A stretch of DNA of 62,928 nucleotides, filler included, from Licmophora abbreviata (taxonomy: Eukaryota): the NCBI GenBank assembly GCA_900291995.1. It is 8 parts of 8 records of this genome, joined end to end, with 100 filler letters (N's around TTAATTAATTAA, not from the genome) between each part and the next. Parts side by side here need not be neighbours in the genome. Positions count along the whole stretch, not along the records: positions 57,289 to 62,928 come from OLMU01002021.1; 7 more parts are not named here. One strand, given 5' to 3'. This document shows, piece by piece, positions 57,454-62,928 of this stretch. The position numbers and the translations under genes were made by a program. Below the pieces are notes generated by a model, which was not told the origin of the DNA, made no database searches, and worked only from the letters and a program-made list of their open reading frames with translations. How positions within the stretch are numbered: the stretch's first letter is position 1; the number at the start of each line of letters is the position of its first letter.

Positions 57454-57985
57454 GCAAGTTCCATTGCCGCCGAGAAGACGCTGCATTCTCGTAGATATAT
57501 ATATTCTGTAGCACGAACAGTTTGATTTGATAGCCATGAATATGTCATCTGTACCGCTATGTGGACTTTGCTCGTCTTTATCTCTTACGGCAGTCGCCCG
57601 CGATGCTCACAACTCACAACCGACGTCGAGAGAGGGATGTGCGAGAGCCACGCTACGAGTGCAGTCCTAGTGCTGCGCGCGAGCCAATGTTCAAAATTGC
57701 TCTTACCGCATCCCCGTACCGAAGCTGTCGCATGTTGGTTTCAGTACTAATTGTACATGACAAGACATCCGTTGGATTCAAATCGCGGCTCGCTCGCTCA
57801 ATCACAAAAATCGTTTGTGAAGCCGACAAAGACATTGACGAAACGACGGCACGTCGACGCCTTTTCTCTCTTGCTTGTTGCGTCCTTCTCGTCCTATCTG
57901 GACTATTGCCTGTGTTGTTGCGGTGTAGAGGTGGCTTAGGAAAAAGGAACGAGGTCCGGAAACGCCGAAACGAACGAAAACGACG

Positions 57986-58890
57986 ATGCTGTCGCACCGC
58001 TCTGGTGTTCCGACACCTCGTCGTGGCCTTGTCGAGCGAAGCAACAACGAAAATGCCCAGGCAAAGTCCCTAGCCCCAGTAAACGATACATCTCACAAGA
58101 CTCCGGCGCGTAGTGTCGGGAAGCGACGTGCTTTTGGAGATATTTCGAATCGCAAGCAGCAGTCGACTCAGCCGCATCACGATGGCTCACGCAAGCCGAG
58201 TACTACTGCTACCAAGAAGACGGTTTCCTTTCAGACTCCTCATCGCTCCTCTGTCAACCCTTCGAAAAAGCCAGTGATGTTCCCTCGCAGTGTCGCGTTC
58301 AAGACGGAGAATCCGTTCGCCGAAAAGAATGTTGATTTCATACTGCCTCGGCCGACTCCAGCCAATCGTTCCAAGTCCACGGCTCCTGATACCGAGCTCG
58401 AGTCGTCTGCCGCTGTCTTTCTGGACGACGAAGAGATTGACGATGTTGAGATGCCGGCAGGACGTCTTTGGAAAGACCAGCACAATGACGACTTTGACGA
58501 CGAAACTACCATTTCCATCGAGGGCCTGCAGTCCTACCCTGAAATTCTTCAAAAGCGCTGGGAGTACGAAGAACGCGCTCGTCAGCGACAGGTGGACATG
58601 GCCGAAGAGAAGCTCGAGCAAGAAATTCAAGCCATGTGGAAACAAGAGGATGAAGACCTGGCAGCAGACATGTGGAGGCCACAGGACGGAGGTATGTCAA
58701 TAGATTGTGTAGTGCACCGTCGACGGATGTGTTCCAGTGATCGCTTTCTAACACGGGATTGTCGATCGCTACAGGCTTTGAGAACAGCATGAACGATCTG
58801 CTAGATACGATGGAAGGCTTTGAATTGTCGCTGAAGAACAACTTAGGTGATCGGGCTTCTTGTGGACTGGACGACGACATTTCAATCTAG
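57986..58890 (+). CDS. Disordered D-box protein, candidate securin; 2 exons, 273 aa
   Basis: Exons 57986-58691 and 58775-58890. RRAFGDISN D-box, basic N-half, acidic C-half with IDDVEMPA. Confidence 0.7.
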
Positions 58891-59057
58891 AGATTGTCTT
58901 TTCTACGGTCCTCTTTCCTATTCCGGGAGGTGTAGACTTGCCCGTGCGAAGAAGGTGCTTGCAGTGGCGGTTGGATGCAGGCAGGCTTCAATGTATAGTT
59001 ACTTACAGGCAATCGCGACATTATAGATTAGTAATGTTGAGATTGCAAAACAAAACG

Positions 59058-61187
59058 CTACGTCGTTGTTTGCTTCGGTCGCTCGCCCTCGACGGGGAAT
59101 GTGTAGGGAACTCGCTTCGCATTCCATTGCATCGTCCTTGCGCATTGACGCAGCGCCGCCGGTCCCGTGTAAACAACACCCCCAAGTTCGGTCAGTAGCT
59201 GCTTGACGTCCACTTTCGACACATCCTTTTGACTGACAGCAGTAGTTGTAGTACTTTGTCGTGCCGATTGCTCTTCCTGTTCTGCCATGTGCACCGAGAC
59301 GGATGTTCCTGACAGTTGAAGCAAGAGTTCGCCATCTGGTAATCTGCTAGTCGCATGCAACAACTCCGCCATAGCCTCCAAGTGATCCAGTGGGCCCGTC
59401 TCCTTGTGGTCAACCCACGTCTCTTGCTCACCCGCCAGTGCATGTGCCACGCCCGTCTCTTGATAGCGGATCAGCTGGAACCGTGTTGGGTCCACATGCG
59501 CCACCAGTACTCGAGACGACGGCTGCAAGACTTTTTCCAGAATCCAGAGGGCCTTGTCGTAAGATGTAAATCGTTCATTCCAGGCATGGTCGCTAACGAA
59601 GTATTCGAGTTGAGGAAGAATACAGATGGGATGACGTTCGCCCTTTGGGTTCGTTTCTACAAGACGATTGCGACACCTCACCAATACCCGACCTGAAAAG
59701 TGATGCTTCGCCTGAGTGTTGCTGTGTGGCAAGGTCATGAGTGAGTACGTGTACTCTACTTTCGTAGATGACGACGACGACAGCAACGACTGATATAGTG
59801 CTTCCTGAATTCCACTGGATAGACACTGCCGCGGATTGGAAGGGCCAGGAAGTGGTAGATCTAATATGACCAGCCCCTTCATTTCCTTTCTCACAATAGC
59901 AGGTATCCGCCACTGCGATCCTCCGTCCCCCGGCAGTTGCAGCAAGGCGTGGAGAGTTTCAGCAGTTGTCAGTATATCCGCATTGTGCTCTTGCGCCAGC
60001 TCCAGTGCGAGCTTGTCGCTCCTGAGAAACTGCAGCGGTGGGATCTTTGGAGGCGACGGCGGCACAATGGAAGCGCCATTGACCAGACGATCCGTTGTTG
60101 TCGCAACATTCCCAACTGTTTTCGGCACACTTTCATCATTGTCTTGCTCTGACAAAATAATCTGCGCCGAGAATTCATCCACAGATCGCCGTTTCGTTGA
60201 TTCTTTGGCAGCAGAATGCTGCAACAGTCGTATATCCTTGGATACGTGGAGTAGCGACACGACCTGACGACACTTGCCGTATTGGAGCGGCATCATCTCG
60301 TTCTGCTGTTGGTACATGCGGGACACGTGTCCATTGACTTGAGCAAATGTAGATGGTATGCCCACCCTGAAACGGTCCTGATGAGAGACAAAGAACTCTT
60401 CCAACGCGGCCCTATATAGGCCCTGTTCCTGCTGAACGAGCTTGCGCAAGGTTCGAAATTCCTTGCGCCGTGCTAATGTCCAAGAAACGGTAGAAGACGA
60501 CGTGCGGTCGCCCGTCCTGTTATGATGATGTTCGTGCTGAAGCTGGAGATACCTCTTGTGCTGACCCCGTGTGAGCGTGGAGGACTTTGGATTGTTGATC
60601 ATGAGGATGTCGTTGTGGGGATTGTCGGGTGGGGTGGGTTTCGCTGAGGTTGTAGTTTCCTGATTCTGTCGAGCTTCAGTACCACCATCATCCTCACCAC
60701 CACTACCAATGGAATTTCCTTCGGTCAGTAGCATTGTTGGGATCGGTGTGCTGTTTGCGACAAAGAGGTGTTGTAGCGGCTTAAGAAGAGGCATGGCAAG
60801 TCCCCGACGATGATTATGGATACTGAGAGTATTCCTGCCATCCTTAGCAATTGCTTCAGCGCCATTCGTCCTTCCGCCTGTAGATTTGGATTGCTGGTTC
60901 TGCATGGCGACTAGAGCACTGCTAGAAGGTAGCGGACGAGGTATGCTTGTCGCGTTGTCTCCCTGACGATAATGATGTGGAAATACTGCCGTCCAATCCG
61001 CGCCACCATGGTATGCCGAATCTTGAGTTTGGCAAATTTTGTTCCAGGAAGTTTCGTCAAAGGGAACTTTGAGGCGTTGCGGACGTCGATTGAAACTTTT
61101 GAAACGTGCATAGAAATCGGGGTGTATACTATGGAACTCATGCGCTTCCCCGCTCGATGTCTCGGCCGATCGTCGGCGCTTCATCAT
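59058..61187 (-). CDS. ~709-aa protein with probable NARG2_C/ICE2-like C-terminal domain
   Basis: Long intronless ORF with QWRIPAIV, VILDLPLP, YSLMTL…VLVRC and ILPQLEY…ERFTSYDKALW…LVAHVDP. Confidence 0.7.
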   Translation of the reverse strand: MMKRRRSAETSSGEAHEFHSIHPDFYARFKSFNRRPQRLKVPFDETSWNKICQTQDSAYHGGADWTAVFPHHYRQGDNATSIPRPLPSSSALVAMQNQQSKSTGGRTNGAEAIAKDGRNTLSIHNHRRGLAMPLLKPLQHLFVANSTPIPTMLLTEGNSIGSGGEDDGGTEARQNQETTTSAKPTPPDNPHNDILMINNPKSSTLTRGQHKRYLQLQHEHHHNRTGDRTSSSTVSWTLARRKEFRTLRKLVQQEQGLYRAALEEFFVSHQDRFRVGIPSTFAQVNGHVSRMYQQQNEMMPLQYGKCRQVVSLLHVSKDIRLLQHSAAKESTKRRSVDEFSAQIILSEQDNDESVPKTVGNVATTTDRLVNGASIVPPSPPKIPPLQFLRSDKLALELAQEHNADILTTAETLHALLQLPGDGGSQWRIPAIVRKEMKGLVILDLPLPGPSNPRQCLSSGIQEALYQSLLSSSSSTKVEYTYSLMTLPHSNTQAKHHFSGRVLVRCRNRLVETNPKGERHPICILPQLEYFVSDHAWNERFTSYDKALWILEKVLQPSSRVLVAHVDPTRFQLIRYQETGVAHALAGEQETWVDHKETGPLDHLEAMAELLHATSRLPDGELLLQLSGTSVSVHMAEQEEQSARQSTTTTAVSQKDVSKVDVKQLLTELGGVVYTGPAALRQCARTMQWNAKRVPYTFPVEGERPKQTTT

Positions 61188-61586
61188 CACAATGTGGCGT
61201 GTGCATCATGGTCGAATTTTCTTTGCGCGGACTACGTATGATATCGATTTGCTTCGCTCCATACACAATTTTATGTTTAACATACAGCGTTTCATGTATT
61301 TGTATATTCAGTCGTGTAATGACGTCTTCAACGCTTGACGTTTCAATTATTCAGTCTTGTCGTGCACGCGCAAGGCGCGCTCGCCCACGGTGTGGAGGTT
61401 AGTTCGCCAAGACACGGTACTATACTACTATATGATACCGCACACACACCCTACGAAAAGAACGGCGTGTGTGTGACTGCACATTACGCGAGATTGACAG
61501 AGAGAGGCAGCAAGAGAGAGAGAGAGTGTTTGTGGCCGCATTGCCACCAGTCCTTTCTCTTGTAGACGTTTTCACCCAGGAAACGA

Positions 61587-62928
61587 ATGGTGGTAGTTCT
61601 TGCAGCGGTGTGTGCCTACCGCTATCATTGCCAGCTGCAGCAAGACGAAGAAGAAGAAGACGAGCAGCTACATCCGCAAGAAGGCACCCCTACTGCTACT
61701 TCCAGTAGTACTAGTACTAGCTTGACACCCGCGTCGTTGAACCAGACTTTAGCAGCTCACTGGCAAAGCACCGAGACTGTGAGAAGGACTTCCTCGGATC
61801 TGGTGAGAACGGCACTCTCGTGTCAGGTGGCGGCACCCGAAGACGAGCAGCTTGCCGACGACGAGGACAAGCTCGAGTACAAGTGGACTGCTACGCGCAG
61901 TACGAGTGGAACTACGAGTCGTTCCAGAAGAAGGCGGAGAAGACGGCGGCGCACGACCAATCCTCATTCTTCCTTGACGAGTACATCTCCTCGAAACATG
62001 GCTCATGCGAGTCAGGTGTTCCGAGAAGACGTACGGCAGCGATGGATTGATGCAGTCTTTGGGTCGGACTTTTATGCGACGCCAGACTATGTGGCACCTA
62101 AGCAGGGTACTGGTGAGGCTGGGATTGAATCCTTCGTCGCCTACACTGCCACGATTCCTGTCGGGGGAGACTCCAAACTGGGTTTGACCCTCTCCAAGCT
62201 TGCCTTGGGCCTCTATGTACGTCATGTCGCACCACATTCCGAAGCGCAGAGTGCCGGAGTTCACAAAGGCTCCATTCTCGTCTCGATCAACGACCAAATG
62301 AGAATGCTCGGTGAACCTTCCAGACAAGCTCTGGAACGCATGTGGCAGTATGAAGGTTTGCTGGAAAGCGGGGCAGGAGCGTCCAAGAAACCAGAGCCCG
62401 TGTCGTTGACCTTTTATCACCCGGACGGTCATTTATATTCCGTCGTTCTTTTTACGACTCCCTTTGGCATCAGCTGGGCTCCCTGTGGACACTTTGCCTT
62501 GGTGCAGCGCTCTTACGCCGCAGCTGCGAATGCAGGAGTACGCCGGGGGTCGCTGATTGCATCCATCATGGGTTACAACGAATATTCGCTGCGGCAGCTC
62601 AAGGATCACGTCGACTGGGGCATGCGATTGCAGGAACAAAAGTCGGGAGAAATGGGCGTTGCGTTTTGCTATGCGCCGACGGCGTCTCGACCCGGACAGT
62701 ATGAACGAGAAATGAGTGAAGAGAAAAATGGCGTGACCAAAAAGGGGCATTTGGCAGGTACGAGAACCGAAGATGGCATCGAAGTGCGTGTCCATCCGTT
62801 GGAGTACAGTATTCGTAGTTTATGGAACAGTCCGACCAGGGGTGGAAGGAGTCCGAAGAAAGAAGAGATTGTCCAGGAAGGCGCAAACAGCATTACAAAC
62901 CTAGCTCGAGAGGTCGTCGTTGGGCAGG
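61587..62928 (+). CDS. Partial ORF running off the window end, with two PDZ-like segments
   Basis: Manually translated stop-free frame from ATG 61587 to the end, absent from the supplied ORF track. KLGLTLSKLALGLYVRHVAPHSEAQSAGVHKGSILVSIN and PFGISW…AANAGVRRGSLIASI. Confidence 0.75.
   Translation, partial: MVVVLAAVCAYRYHCQLQQDEEEEDEQLHPQEGTPTATSSSTSTSLTPASLNQTLAAHWQSTETVRRTSSDLVRTALSCQVAAPEDEQLADDEDKLEYKWTATRSTSGTTSRSRRRRRRRRRTTNPHSSLTSTSPRNMAHASQVFREDVRQRWIDAVFGSDFYATPDYVAPKQGTGEAGIESFVAYTATIPVGGDSKLGLTLSKLALGLYVRHVAPHSEAQSAGVHKGSILVSINDQMRMLGEPSRQALERMWQYEGLLESGAGASKKPEPVSLTFYHPDGHLYSVVLFTTPFGISWAPCGHFALVQRSYAAAANAGVRRGSLIASIMGYNEYSLRQLKDHVDWGMRLQEQKSGEMGVAFCYAPTASRPGQYEREMSEEKNGVTKKGHLAGTRTEDGIEVRVHPLEYSIRSLWNSPTRGGRSPKKEEIVQEGANSITNLAREVVVGQ

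Noticed and set aside
57561..58073. 170-aa ORF upstream of the D-box protein
   Set aside because: Non-ATG start, non-protein-like composition, and it overlaps the promoter and start of the better-supported gene.

Overview
Gene-dense eukaryotic nuclear DNA, most likely from a diatom or related photosynthetic stramenopile. This rests on short GT-AG introns (mostly about 75-130 bp), bipartite signal-peptide plus 'A-F' plastid presequences, a nucleus-encoded FtsZ and CCB3, and diatom-style LRR, TPR, PPR and Cys-repeat proteins. It is a draft scaffold with seven artificial 100-nt spacers (44 N + TTAATTAATTAA + 44 N). Three spacers have duplicated flanks, so they are false gaps that split intact genes. 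I can support about 35 protein-coding genes, many rebuilt here by hand across introns. I found no rRNA, tRNA, CRISPR array or transposon. The most interesting items are: (i) a compact bacterial-type leishmanolysin-like Zn peptidase with two introns and lipidation motifs at both ends, lying next to an intronless McrA-type HNH nuclease; (ii) a securin/PATRONUS-like D-box protein; (iii) an 8-exon STRA6-like membrane protein; (iv) a probable ICE2/NARG2 homolog; (v) a plastid-targeted FAD2-type desaturase. All family assignments come from motif recognition, not database searches.
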